DNA of 64,000 bases from the human T2T-CHM13v2.0 reference genome, Homo sapiens (GCF_009914755.1 NC_060939.1), one strand, 5' to 3'. Numbered from the stretch's first letter, positions 27,572 to 44,800 are shown. The notes: generated by a model not told the origin, from the letters alone. A program made the numbers and translations.

Positions 27572-28749
27572 TTTTTTTTGGAGCTCTCGGTTTATTTTTT
27601 AATTATTTACTTTTATTATTAATATACTTTAAGTTTTAGGGAACATGTGTACAATGTGCAGGTTTGTTACATATGTATAGATGTTCCATGTTTGTGTGTT
27701 GCTCCCATGAACTCATCATTTAGCATTAGGTATATCTCCTAATGCTATCCCTCCCCTTCCCCCTCCCCCCACCCGACTACAATCCCTGATGTATTTTGTG
27801 TGATGTTTCCCTTCCTGTGTCCATGTGTTCTCTTTGATCAATTCCCAACTATGAGTGAGAACATGTCGTGTTTTATTTTTTGTCCTTGCAATAATTCGCT
27901 GAGAATGATGGTTTCCAGCTTCATCCATGTCCCTACAAGGGACATGAACTCATCATTTTTTTATGGCCGCATAGTGTTCCATGATGTATATACGCCACAT
28001 TTTCTTCATCCATTCTATCGTTGTTGGACATTTACGTTGGTTCCAAGTCTTTGCTATTGTGAATAGTGCCGCTATAAATATACGTGTGCATGTGTCTTTA
28101 TAGCAGCATGATTTATAATCCTTTGGGTATATACCCAGTAATGAGATGGCTGGGTCAAGTGGTATTTCTAGTTCTGGATCCCTGAGGAATCGCCATACTG
28201 ACTTCCACAATGGTTGAACTAGTTTACATTCCCACCAACAGTGCAAAAGTGTTCTTATTTCTCACAACCTCTCCAGCACCTGTTTTTTCCTGACTTTTTA
28301 ATGATCACCATTCTAACTGGTGTGAGATGGTATCTGATTGTGGTTTTGACTTGCATTTCTCTGATGGCCAGTGAAGATGAGCATTTTTTCATTTGTTCAT
28401 TGGCTGCATAAATGTCTTCTTTTGAGAAATGTCTGTTCATATCCTTCACCCACTTTTTGATGGGGTTGTTTGTTTTTTTTTCCTGTAACTTTGTCTGAGT
28501 TCATTCTAGATACAGGATATTAGCCCTTTGTCAGATGAGTAGGTTGCAAATTTTTTCTCCCATTGTAAAGGATTCCTGTTCACTCTGATGGTGGTTTCTT
28601 TTGCTGTGCAGAAGCTCCTTAGTTTAATGAGATCCCATTTGTCAATTGTGGCTTTTGTTGCCATTGCTTTAGGTGTTTTAGACATGAAGTCCTTGCCCAT
28701 GCCTATGTCCTGAATGGTATTGCCTAGGTTTTCTTCTAGAGATTTTATG
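27572..28749 (-). mobile_element. 5'-truncated LINE-1 (L1PA3/L1PA4-like): ORF2 C-terminal part, 3'UTR and A-tail
   Basis: Minus-strand ORFs give ORF2 C-terminal peptides ([35 protein letters not shown]). T-rich tail at 27572-27620. The 3'UTR reads gctaaatgatgagtt and gtaacaaacct, which are older-subfamily states from memory. Degenerate TSD cattctt (27564-27570) / caatctt (28755-28761) at a TTTT/GA endonuclease-like site. Confidence 0.93.
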
Positions 28750-28754
28750 TGATG

Positions 28755-31700
28755 CAATCTTTTGATTAATCAGTTTGGATACGCTGTTCTTGTAGAATCT
28801 GCAAGGAGATATATGTGAGCACTTTGAGGCCTTTGGTGAAAAAGGAAATACCTTCACATAATAAATAGACAGAAGTTCTCTGAGAAACCTCCTTGTCATG
28901 TGTGCATTCATCTCACTTAGTTGAAACAGTCTTTTGACTGAACAGTTTGAAAACTGTCAATTTGTAGAATCCGCAATGGGATATTTGTGAGCCCTTTGAG
29001 GCCTATGGTGAGAAAGGAAATATCTTCATATAAAAACTAGACAGAAGATTTCGGAGAAACCTCTTTGTGATGTGTGCATTCATCTCACAGAGTTGAAGCA
29101 TTCTCTTGATTGAGCAGTTTGTAAACAGACTTTTTGTAGAATCTGCAAAGGGATATTTGTCAGCTCTATGAGGCCTATGGTGAAAACGGAAATATCTTCA
29201 ATAAAAACTATAAAGAATGTTTCTGAGAAGCTGTTTTGCAAGGTGTGCACTCATCTCAGAAAGAAAAAAGTTTCTATTCTTTGATGAGTCTGGAAACTCT
29301 GTTCTTGTAAAATCTGCAAAGGGATATTTGGGAGTGGTTTGAGGCCTATGGTAAAAAAGGAAATGTCTTCACATAAAAACTACACAGAAGATTTCAGAGA
29401 AACTTCTTTGTGATGTATGCATTCATCTCACAGAGTTGAACCATTCTTTTGATTGAGAAGTTTGGGAACAGTCTTTTCTGAGAATCTGCAAAGGGATATT
29501 TTGAGCGCTTTGATAGGTATGGTGAAAAGGGAAATATCTTCACATAAAAAGTGGACAGAAGCTTTCGGAGAAACTTTTTTTGTGATGTGTGCATTCATCT
29601 CACAGATTTGAACCTTTCTTTTGATTGAGCGGTTTGAAAAGAGTCCTTTTCTAGAATCTGCAGAGGGATATTTGTGAGCCCTTTATGGCCTAAGGTGAAG
29701 TAGGAAATATCTTCACATAAAAACTAGACAGAAGCATTCTGAGAAACTTCTTCATGAAGAAGAGTGATTTCATTTCAGAGAGTTGAACCTCTCTTTTGAT
29801 TGAGGAGTTTACAAACAGACTTTTTGTAGAATATGCAAATGGATATTTGGAGGACTTTGACGCCTATGGTGAAAAAGGAAATATCTTCACCTAAAAACTA
29901 GACTGAAGCATTCTGAGAAATTTCTTTGCGATGTATGCATTCATCTCACAGAGTTGAAACTTTCTTCTGATTTAGCAGTTTCAAAACAGTCCTTTTGTAG
30001 ATTCTGCAAAGGGATATTTGTGAGCCCATTGAGGCCTATGGTGAAATAGGAAATATCTTCACATAAAAACTAGTCAGAAGATTTCTGAGAAACTTATTTG
30101 TGATGTGTGCTTTCATCTCACAGAGTTGAACGTTTCTTTTGATTGAGCAGTTTGGAAACACACTTTTTGTGGAATCTGCAAATGGATATTTGGAGCACCT
30201 TGAGGACTATGGTGAAAAAGGAAATACCTTCACATAAAAACTAGAAAGCAACATTCTATGAAACTTCTTTGTGATGTGTGCTTTCATCCCACAGAGTTGA
30301 ACCCTTCTATTCATTGAGCAGTTTGGAAACGATCTTTTTGTAGCATCTGCAAGTGGATATTTGGAGTGGTTTGAGGCCTTGGTGAGAAAGCAAATATCTT
30401 CACATAAAAACTAGACAGAAGGATTCTGAGAAACTTCTTGGTGACATGTGCATTTATAACACAGAGTTGATCCCTTCTTTTGATTAAACAGTTTGGTAAC
30501 AGTCTTTTTGTAGTATCTGTAGAGGGATGTTTGTGAGCAGTTTGAGACCTATGGTGAACAAAGAAATATATTCATATAAAAACCAGACAGAAGCTTTCTG
30601 AGAAACTTCTTTGTGATGTGTGAATTAATCTCAGAGTGTTGAACCTTTCTTTGGATTGACCAGTTTGTAAACAATCCTTTTGTAGAATCTGCAAAGGTAT
30701 ATTTCTGAGACCATTGAGGCCTACGGTAGAATATGAAATATCTTCCCATAAAAACTAGACAGAAGGTTTCTAAGAAACTTCTTTGTGATGTGTGCTTCCA
30801 TCTCACAGAGTTGAACCTTTCTTTTGATTGAACAGTTTGGAAACCATCTTTTTGTAGAATTTGCAAATGGATATTTGGAGCACTTTGAGGCCTATGGTAA
30901 AAAAGGAAATATCATTACATAAAAATTCGATGGAAGCATTATGAGAAACTTCTTTGTGAGGTTTTCATTCATCTCACACAGTTGAACATTTATTTGACTG
31001 AAGATTTGGAAACAGTCTTTTTGTAAAATCTACAAAGGGATAATTGTGAACCTTTTGAGGCCTATGGTGAAGTAGGAAATATCTTCACATAAAAACTACA
31101 CAGAAACTTTCTGAGAAACTTTTTGGTGATGCGTGCATTCATCTCACAGAGTTGAACCTTTCCTTTGCTAGAGCAGTTTGGAAACATTCCTATTGTAGAA
31201 TCCCCAAAGGGATATTTCTCAGCCGATTGAGGCCTTTGGTGATATAGGAAATATCTTCACATAAAAGCTTGACAGAAGCTTTCTGAGAAACTTATTTTTA
31301 ATGAGTGTTTTCATCTCAAACAGTTAAGCATTTCTTTTGACTGAGCACTTTGGAAACACTCTTTTTGCATAATCTGCTAAGGGATAATTTGAGCGTTTTG
31401 AGGCCTATGGTGAAAAGGAAATATCTTCACATAAAAACTAAACAGAAGCTTTCTGAGAAACTACTTTGTAATGCGTGCATTCAACTCACATTGTTGAAAC
31501 CTTCTTTTGATTGAGGAGTTTGTAAACAGTCTTTTTGTAGAATCTGCAAATGGATATTTGGAGTGCTTTGAGTTCTATGGTGAAAAAGGAAATATCTTCA
31601 CAAAAAAACTAGAAAGAAACATTCTGAGAAACTTCTTTGTGATATGTGCTTTCATCTCACAGAGTTGAACCTTTCTTTTCATTGAGCAGTTTGGAAACAG

Positions 31701-32640
31701 ACTTTTTATAGAATCTGGAAATGTATATTTGGAGCGCTTTGAGGTCTGTGGTGAAAAAGGAAATATCTTCAGATAAACACTAAACATAAGCTTTCTGAGA
31801 AACTTCTTTGTGATGTATGCATTCATATCACAGAACTGAAACTTTCTTTTGATTTAGCAGTTTGTAAACAGTCTTTTGGTAGAATCTGCAAATGGATACT
31901 TCGAGCATGTTGAGGCCTATGGTGAAAAAGGAAATATCTTCACAAAAAAACTAGAAAGATACATTCTAAGAAACTTCTTTGTGATGCGTGCTTTCACCTC
32001 ACAGAGTTGAAACTTTATTTTTATTGAGCAATTTGGAATCAGTCTTTTTGTGGAATCTGCAAATGGATATTTGGAGCACTTTGAGGCCTATGGTGAAAAA
32101 GGAAATATCTCACATGAAACCTAGACAGAAGTATTCTGAGAAACTTCTTTGTCTTGTGTCCATTCATCTCACAGAGTTGAACCTTTCTTTGGATTGAGCA
32201 GTTTGGAAACAGTCTTTTTGTAGAATCTGCAAAAAATATTTTTGAGCCCTTTATGGCCCATGGTGAAACAGGAAATGTCCTCAAAGAAAAACTAGACAGA
32301 AGCTTTCTGAGAAAATTCTTTGTGATGTGTGCTTTCATCTCACAGAGTTGAACTTTTCTTTTGATTGAGCAGTTTGGAAACAGTCTTTTTGTAGAATCCG
32401 AAGATGGATATTTGCAGTGTTTCAGGCCTATGGTGAACAGGAAATTTCTTCACATAAAAACTAGACAGAAGCATTCTGAGAAACTTCTTTGTAATGTATG
32501 CATTCATGTCACAGAGTTGAAACTTTCCTTGGATTGAGCAGTTTGGAAAGAGTCCTTTTGTAGAATCTGCAAAGGGATGTTTGTGAGCACATTGGAGCCT
32601 ATGGTGAAATAAGAAATGTCTTCACATAAAAACTAGACAG
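28755..32640 (+). repeat. Monomeric alpha satellite
   Basis: About 23 diverged ~171-bp monomers in the same orientation. No near-identical higher-order copies were seen. Confidence 0.96.
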
Positions 32641-33547
32641 GAGAACCAGAGCCAAGATGGCCGAATAGGAACAGCTCCAGTCTACAGCTCCAAGCCTGAG
32701 CGACACAGAAGATGGGTGATTTCTGCATTTCCACCTGAGGTACTGGGTTCATCTCACTAGGGAGTGCCAGACAGTGGGCGCAGGTCAGTGGGTGTGTGCA
32801 CCGTGCATGAGCTGAAGCAGGGCAAGGCATTGCCTCACTCAGGAAGCGCAAGGGGTCAGGGAGTTCCCTTTCCTAATCAAAGAAAGGGGTGACGGATGGC
32901 ACCTGGAAAATCGGGTCACTCCCACCCGAATACTGTGCTTTTCTGACGGGCTTATAAAATGGCGCACCACGAGATTATATCCCACACCTGGCTCAGAGGG
33001 TCCTACCCCATGGAGTCTCGCTGATTGCTAGCATAGCAGTCTGAGATCAAACTGCAAGGCAGCAGCGAGGCTGGTGGAGGGGCGTGCACAATTTCCTAGG
33101 CTTGCTTAGGTAAACAAAGCAGCCAGGAAGCCCGAACTGGGTGGAGCCCACCACAGCTCAAGGAGGCCTACCTGCCTCTGTAGGCTCCATCTCTGGGGGC
33201 AGGGCACAGACAAACAAAAAGACAGCAGTAACCTCTGCAGACTTAAATGTCCCTGTCTGACAGCTTTGAACAGAGCAGTGGTTCTCCCAGTATGCAGCTG
33301 GAGATCTGAGAACTGGCAGACTGCCTCCTCAAGTGGGTCCCTGACCCCTGACCCCCGAGCAGCCTAACTGGGAGGCACCATCCAGCAGGGGCACACTGAC
33401 ACCTCACACTGCAGGGTACCCCAACAGACCTGCAGCTGAGGGTCCTGTCTGTTAGAAGGAAAACTAACAAACAGAAAGGACATCCACAGCAGAAACCCAT
33501 CTGCACATCAACATCATCAAAGACCAAAAGTAGATAAAACCACAAAG
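32641..33547 (+). promoter_or_regulatory. L1 5'UTR internal promoter region with intact YY1 motif (caagatggcc, 32653-32662)
   Basis: Sequence resembles the L1HS/L1PA2-type 5'UTR, with many CpGs decayed. Length is 907 bp to the ORF1 ATG. Activity cannot be judged from sequence. Confidence 0.8.
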
Positions 33548-34564
33548 ATGGGGAAAAAACAGAACAGAAAAACTGGAAACTCTAAAAATCAGAGCACCTC
33601 TCCTCCTCCAAAGGAAGGCAGCTCCTCACCAGCAACGGAACAAAGATGGACGGAGAATGACTTTGACGAGCTGAGAGAAGAAGGCTTCAGACGATCAAAT
33701 TACTCTGAGCTATGGGAGGACATTCAAACCAAAGGCAAAGAAGTTGAAAAGTTTGAAAAAAATTTAGAAGAATGTGTAACTAGAATAACCAATACAGAGA
33801 AGTGCTTAAAGAAACTGATGGAGCTGAAAACCAAGGCTCGAGAACTACGTGAAAAATGCAGAAGCCTCAGGAGTCGATGTGATCAACTGGAAGAAAGGGT
33901 ATCAGCGATGGAAAATGAAATGAATAAAATGAAGTGAGAAGGAAAGTTTAGAGAAAAAATAATAAAAAGAAACGAGCAAAGCCTCCAAGAAATATGGGAC
34001 TATGTGAAAAGACCAAATCTACGTCTGATTGGTGTACCTGAAAGTGATGGGGAGAATGGAATCAAGTTGGAAAACACTCTGCAGGATGTTATCCAGGAGA
34101 ATTTCCCCAATCTAGCAAGGCAGGCCAACGTTCAGATTCAAGAAATACAGAGAACGCCACAAAGATACTCCTCGAGAAGAGCAACTCCAAGACATATAAT
34201 TGTCAGATTCACCAAAGTTGAAATGAAGGAAAAAATGTTAAGGGCAGCCAGAGAGAAAGGTTGGGTTACCATCAAAGGGAAGCCCATCAGACTAACAGCG
34301 GATCTCTTGGCAGAAACCCTACAAGCCAGAAGAGAGTGGGGGCCAATATTCAACATTCTTAAAGAAAAGAATTTTCAACCCAGAATTTCATATCCATCCA
34401 AACTAAGCTACATAAGTGAAGGAGAAATAAAATACTTTACAGACAATCAAATGCTGAGAGATTTTGTCACCACCAGGCCTGCCCTAAAAGAGCTCCTGAA
34501 GGAAGTGCTAAACATGGAAAGGAACAACCGGTACCAGCCACTGCAAAATCATGCCAAAATGTAA
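33548..34564 (+). pseudogene. L1 ORF1p (RNA-binding chaperone), disrupted by one nonsense codon
   Basis: MGKKQNRKTGNSK...LQNHAKM spans 1017 nt (338 codons plus stop) in a single frame. An internal TGA at 33935-33937 (codon 130) is consistent with CGA>TGA decay. Confidence 0.95.
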
Positions 34565-34627
34565 AGACCATGGAGACTAGGAAGAAACTGCGTTAACTAA
34601 CGAGCAAAATAACCAGCTAACATCATA

Positions 34628-38453
<3,826 letters not shown>

Positions 38454-38656
38454 ACAATGAGAACACATGGACACTGGAAGTGGAACATCACACTCTGGGG
38501 ACTGTTGTTGGGTGGGGGGAGGGGGGAGGGATAGCACTGGGAGACATACCTAATGCTAGATGACGAGTTAGTAGGTGCAGCACACCAGCATGGCACATGT
38601 ATACATATGTAACTGACCTGCACAATGTGCACATGTACCTTAAAATTAAAGTATAA

Positions 38657-38680
38657 TAAATAAATAAATAAATAAATAAA
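38657..38680 (+). repeat. (TAAA)6 microsatellite derived from the L1 poly(A) tail
   Basis: Six perfect TAAA units between the L1 3' end (aaagtataa) and the TSD. Confidence 0.9.
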
Positions 38681-39890
38681 TAGACAGAAGCTTTCTGTAA
38701 ATCTTCTTTGTGCTGTGTGCTTTCACCTCACAGATTTGAACCTCTCTTTTGATTGGGCAGTTTGGAAACACTCTTTTTGTAGAACTTGCAAGTGGATATT
38801 TGGAGTGCTTTGAGGCCTATGGTGAAAAAGAAAATATCTGCATATAAAAACTAGATGGAAACTTTCTGAGAAACTTCCTTGTGATGTGTGCTTTCATCTC
38901 ACAGAGCTGGACCTTGTTTTCAATGAGCAGTTTGGCAAAAAGTCATTTTGTAGAATCTGCAAAGGGATATTTGCGAGTGGTTTGAGGCCTATAGTGAAAA
39001 AGTAAATACCTTCACCTAAAACCTAGACAGAAGCATTTTGAGAAAACCCTTTTTGATGTTTGCATTCATCTCACTGAGTTGAACCTTTCCATTCATTGAG
39101 AAGTGTGGAATCATACTTTTTGTGCAATCTGCAAAGAAATATTTTTTTGCGGTTTGAGACCTATGGTGAAAAAGTAATATCTTCACATAAAAACTAGACA
39201 GAAGCATTATGAGAAACTAATTTCTTTATGTGTGCATTGATCACACAGGGTTGAACCTTTCTTTTGATGAGGCAGTTTGGAAAGAGTTTTTTGCAGAATC
39301 TGAAAAGGGATATTTTTTATCTCTTTGAGACCTAAGGTGAAATAGGAAATATCTTCACATAAAAACTAGACAGAAACTTTCTGAGAAACTTCTTTGAGAG
39401 GTGGGCTTTCATCTCACAGATTTGAACCTTTGTTTTCATTGAGCAGTTTGGAAAGAGTCTTTCTTAGTATCTGCAGTGGGCTATTAGTGAGTGGAATGAG
39501 GCCTATGGTGAAAAAGGAAATGGCTTCCCAAAAAAAGTACACAGAAGCATTCTGAGAGACTTCTTTGTAATGAGTGCATTCATCTTACAATGTTAAACCT
39601 TTCTTTTCATCGAGCTTTTTGGAAACACTCTTTTTGTAGCATCTGCAAGAGTATAATTCTGAGCCCATTGAGACCTATATTGAAATATGAAATATCTTCA
39701 CATAAAAACTAGATAGAAGGTTTCTAAGAAACTCATTTTTGAAGTGTGCTTTCATCTCACAGAGTTAAAACTTTCTTGTTATTAAGCAGTTTGAAAACAC
39801 TCTTTTTGTAGATTCTGCAGGTGGATATTTGGAGCACTTTGAGGCCCATGATGAAAAAGGAAATATCTTCACATAAAAACTAAACAGAAG
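38681..39890 (+). repeat. Monomeric alpha satellite, same type as upstream of the L1
   Basis: About 7 monomers with ctagacagaag, cattcatctc and ggcctatggtgaaaaagg signatures. Confidence 0.94.
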
Positions 39891-41880
39891 TTTTCTGAGA
39901 AACTTCTTTGGAGGTGTGCATTCAACGCACAGAGTTGAACCTATCTTTTCATGGAGCAGTTAGGAATCTCTCTTTTTGTAGACTCTGCTTGCAGATATTT
40001 GGACAGCTTTGAGGCCTATTGTGGAAAAGGAAATATCATCACATAAAAACACACAGAAGCACTCTGAGAAACTTCTTTGTGATGTCTGCATTCAACTCAC
40101 AGAGTTGAACCTATCTTTTGATTGAGAAGTTTTGAATCTCTCTTTTTGTAGAAGCTGCATGTGGATATCTGGAGACGTTTGTGGCCTATGGTAGAAAAGG
40201 AAATATCTTCAAATAAAAACTAGACAGAAGCATTTTGAGAAAATTCTCTGTGCTGTGTGCATTCATATCACATGGTTGAAACTACCTGTTGATTGAGCAG
40301 TTTTGAATCTCTCTTTTGTAACATCTGCAATGGATATTTGGAGCCCTTTGTGGTCTGCGGTGGAAAAGGAAGTATCCTCAAATAAAAACTACACAGAAGT
40401 ATTCTGAGAAACTTCTTTGTGATGAATGCATTCATCACACAGAGTTGAACCTTTGTTTTGATTTAGCAGTTTTGAGACAATCTTTCCGTAGAATCTTGAC
40501 GTGAATGTTTGGAGGGCTTTGAGTTCTGTTTTAGAGAAGAAGATATCTTCATAAAAAACTACACAGAAGCTTTCTGAGAAACTTCTTTGTGATGTGTGAA
40601 TTCAACTATCGGAGTTGAACCTATCTTATGATTGAGCAGCTTGGAAACACTCTTTGTAGAGTCTGCAAGTGGATATTTACAGAGATTTGAGACCTAGTGT
40701 GGAAAAGGAAATATCTTCACATAAAAACTACACAGAAGCATTCTGAGAAACTTCTATGGGAAGTGTGCATTCAACTAACAGTGTTGAACCTATCTTTTGA
40801 TTGAGCAGCTTAGAATCTCTCTTTTTGTAGAAAATGCAAGTGGATATTTGGAGCTCCATTTCACCGTAAGGTGCAAAACGAAACATATTCACAAAAAAAA
40901 TACACAGAAGCAATCTGAGAAACTTCTTCGCGATGTTCGCATTCAACTCACAGAGTCGAAGGTATCTTTTGATAGAGCAGTTTTGTATCTCTCTTTTTGC
41001 AGAATCTGCAAGTGGATATTTGGAAAGCTTTGAGGCCTATTGTGGAAAGGGAAATATCCTCAAATAAAAACTACCGAGAAGCACTCTGTGAAACTTTTTG
41101 TGATGTGTGCATTCAACTCACAATGTTGAACCTATATTTTGATTGAGCAGTTTGGAATCTTTCTTTTTGTAGAATCTGCAAGTGAATATTTGGAGCCCTA
41201 TTTCGCCCCATACTGGAAAAGCAAATATCTTCAAATAAAAACTACACAGAAGCATTCAGAGAAACTTCTCTGTGATGAGTGCATTCATCACACAGAGTTG
41301 AAACTTTGTTTTGATTTAGCAGTGTTGAGACAATCTTCCGTAGAATCTCGAAGTGAATATTTGGAGGGCTTTGAGATCTGCTTTGGAGAAGGAGATAACT
41401 TCATATAAACACTACACAGAAGCTTTCTGAGAAACACCCTTGTGAGGTGTGCATTAAAGTCACAGAGTTAAACCTATCTTTTGATTCAGCAGATTTGAAT
41501 CTCTCTTCTTGCAGAATCTGCGAGTGGATATTTGGAGTGCTTTGAAGCCTACTGTGGAAAATCAAATATCTTCACATAAAAAATACACAGAAGCATTCTG
41601 AAAAACTTCTTTGTGATGTGTGCTTTCAACTCACACAGTTGAAACTATCTTTTGATTGAGCAGTTTTGAGTCTCTCTTTTTGCAGAATCTGCAAGTCGAT
41701 ATTTGGAACACTTTGAGGCCTACTGTGGAAAATCAAATATCTTCCCATAAAAACTACACAGAAGACTTCTGAGAAACTACATTGTGATGTGTGCATTCAA
41801 CTCACAGAGTCGAACGTATCTTTTGATTGAGCAGTTTTGAATCTCTCTTTTTGCAGAATCTGCAAGTGGATATCCAGAGA
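39891..41880 (+). repeat. Diverged HOR-related alpha satellite transition block (~12 monomers)
   Basis: Monomer style switches to ctacacagaag, cattcaactc, ctatcttttg and aatctctctttt. The first four monomers match HOR monomers at 45530-46200 (offset 5633). Confidence 0.85.
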
Positions 41881-44800
41881 ACTCTGAGACCTATTTGGAA
41901 AAGGAAATATCTTCACATAAAAACTACGCAGAAGCATTTTGAGATACTTCTTTGTGAGGTGTGCATTCAACTCACAGAGTTGAACTTATCATTTCATTGA
42001 GCACATTCATATCTCTTTTTTTGTAGAATCTGCAAGTGGATATTTGGAGCTCTTTGCACCCTGTGGTGGAAAGGGAAATATCTTCATATAAAAACTACAA
42101 AGAAGCATGCAGAGAAACTTCTTTGTGATGAATGCATTCCTCACACAGAGTTGAACTTTTCTTTTTATTGAGCAGTATTGAAACGCTCTTTTTGCAGAAT
42201 CACCAAGTGGATATTTGGGGAGCTTTGGGGCCTCATTTGGAAAATGAAATATCTTCAAAGTAAAACTACACAGAACCATTCTGAGAAACTTCTTTATGAT
42301 GTGAGCATTCAACTTTCAGAGTTGAAGCTACCTTATGATTGAGCAATTTGGAAACACTCTTTTTGTAGAGCCTGCAAGTGGATATTTAGAACGATTTGAG
42401 GCCTATTGTGGAAAAGCAAATATCTTCACATAAAAACTACACAGAAGCATTCTGAGAAACTTCGTTGGGATGTGTGCATTCAACTAACAGTGTTGAACCT
42501 ATCTTTTGATTGAGCAGCTTAGAATCTCTCCTTTTGTAGAAAATGCAAGTAGAGATTTGGAGCCCCATTTCGCCCTATGGTAGAAAACAGAACATCTTCA
42601 CATAAAAACTACACAGAAGCATTCTGAGAAACTTCTTTGTGATGTTTGCATTGAACTCACAGAGTCGAACCTATCTTTTGATAGAGCAGTTTTGTATCTC
42701 TCTTTTTGCAGAATCTGCAAGTGGATATTTGGAAAGCTTGAGGCCTATTGTGAAAAAGGAAATATCTTCACATAGAAACTACAGAGAAGCATTCTGAGAA
42801 ACTTCTCTGTGAGGCATGGATTCAACCCACAGAGTTGGACTTACCATTGAGCAGTTTTGAATCTCTCTTTTGGTCGAATCTGCAAGTGGGTATTTGGAGC
42901 CCTTTTGCAACCTATGGCGGAAAAGGAAACACCTTCACCTAAAAACTATATAGAAGCATTCCGAAAAACTTCTTTGTGATGTGTGCATTCATCTCACAGA
43001 GTTGAACCTATCTAATGATTGAGCAGTTTTGAAACACTCATTTTGTAGAACCTGGAAGTGGATATTGGGAGTAGTTTGTGGCCTTCTTTGGAAAAGGAAA
43101 TATCTTCACATGAAAACTACAAAGAAGCATTCTGAGAAACTTCTTTGTGATGTGTGCATGCATCTCACAGTGTTGGACGTTTCTTTTGATAGGGCAGTTT
43201 CGAAAGAGTCTTCTTGTAGAGTCTGCAAGTGGATATTTGGAGCGCTTTGAGGCCTAATGTGGAAAATCAAATATCTTCACATAAAAACTACACAGAGGCA
43301 TTCTGAGAAACTTCTTTTTTGTGTGTGCATTCAACTCACATAGTTGAAGTTATCTTTCGATTTAGCTGTTTTGAATCTCCTTTTTGCAGAATCTGCAAGT
43401 TGATACCTGGAGCCCTGTTTCACCCTATAGTGGAAAAGCAAATATCTCCACATAAACAAACACTACAGAGAAGCATTCAGAGAAAGTCCTTTGTGATGTG
43501 TGCATTGAACACGCAGAGTTGAAACTATCTTTTGATTGTACAGTTTTGAATATCTCTTTTTGTAGAATCTGCAAGTGGAAGTTTGGAGCTGTTTGCACGC
43601 TGTGGTGCAAAAGGAAATATCTTCATATAAAAACTACACAGAAGCTTTCAGAGAGACTTCTTTGTGAGGAATGCGTTCCTCACACAGAGTTGAATCTTCC
43701 TTTTTATTGAGTAGTTTTGAAACCCTCTTTTTGCAGAATAACCAGGGGGATATTTGGAGAGCTTTGAGGCCTGTTTTGGAAAAGGAAATATCTTCAAATT
43801 AAAACCACACAGAAGCATTCTGAGAAACTTCTTTGTGATGTGTGCATTCAACTCTCAGAGTTCAACGTGTCTTATGATGGAGCAGTTTGGAAACACTCTT
43901 TTTTGTAGAAACTGCAAGTGGATATGTAGAGCGATTTGAGGCCTACTGTGGAAAAGCAAATATCTTCACATAACGACTACACAGAAGCACTCCTAGAAAC
44001 TTCTTTGTGATGTGTGAATTCAACTCACAGAGCTAAACCTATCTTTTGATGGAGTAGCTTAGAATCTCTCTTCTTTTAGAATCTGCACGTGGATATTTGA
44101 AGCGCTTTGAGACCTAAAGTGGAAAAGCAAATATCTTCACATAAAATCTACATAGAGGCACTCTAAGAAACTTCTTTTTGATGTGTGCATTCACCTCACA
44201 GAGCTGAAGCACACAGTGCTTGAGTGACCAGTTTTGAATCTCTCTTTTTGTACAATCTGCAAGTGGATATTGGGAGCCCTTTGCGGCCTGTGGTGGAAAA
44301 GGAAATATCTTCAAATTAAAACTACACAGAAGCATTCTGAGAAACTTCTTTGTGATGTGTACATTCATCTCACAGAGTTGACACTTTCTTTTGATTGAGC
44401 AGTTTTGAAACACTGCTTTTGTAGAGTCTGGAAGTTGATATTTGGAGGGCTTTGAGGTCTATTTCGGAAAAGAAAATATCTTCACTTAAAAACTACGCAG
44501 AAATACTGTGAGAAACTTCTTTGTTATGTGAGCATTCAACTCACAGAGCTGAACCTATCTTTTGATTGAGCAGTTTTGAATCTCTCATTTTGCAGAATCT
44601 GCAAGAGGATATTTGGAGCCCTTTGCTACCTAGGGTGGAAAAGGAAATACCTTCAAATAAAAACTACACAGAGGCATTCTGAGAAACTTCTTGTGATTGT
44701 GCATTCAACTCACAGAGTTAAACCTATCTTATGATTGACCAGTTTTGGAACACTGTTTTCATAGGATCTGCAAGTGGATATTTGGTGTGCTTTGAGGCCT

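Noticed and set aside
38497-38530. G-quadruplex-like G tract
   Set aside because: A standard feature of the L1 3'UTR, not specific to this locus.
42460-42476. CTTCGTTGG resembling the start of a CENP-B box (once per HOR unit)
   Set aside because: It continues GATGTGTG, lacking the required A at position 10 and the CGGG, and it lies at the wrong place in the monomer.
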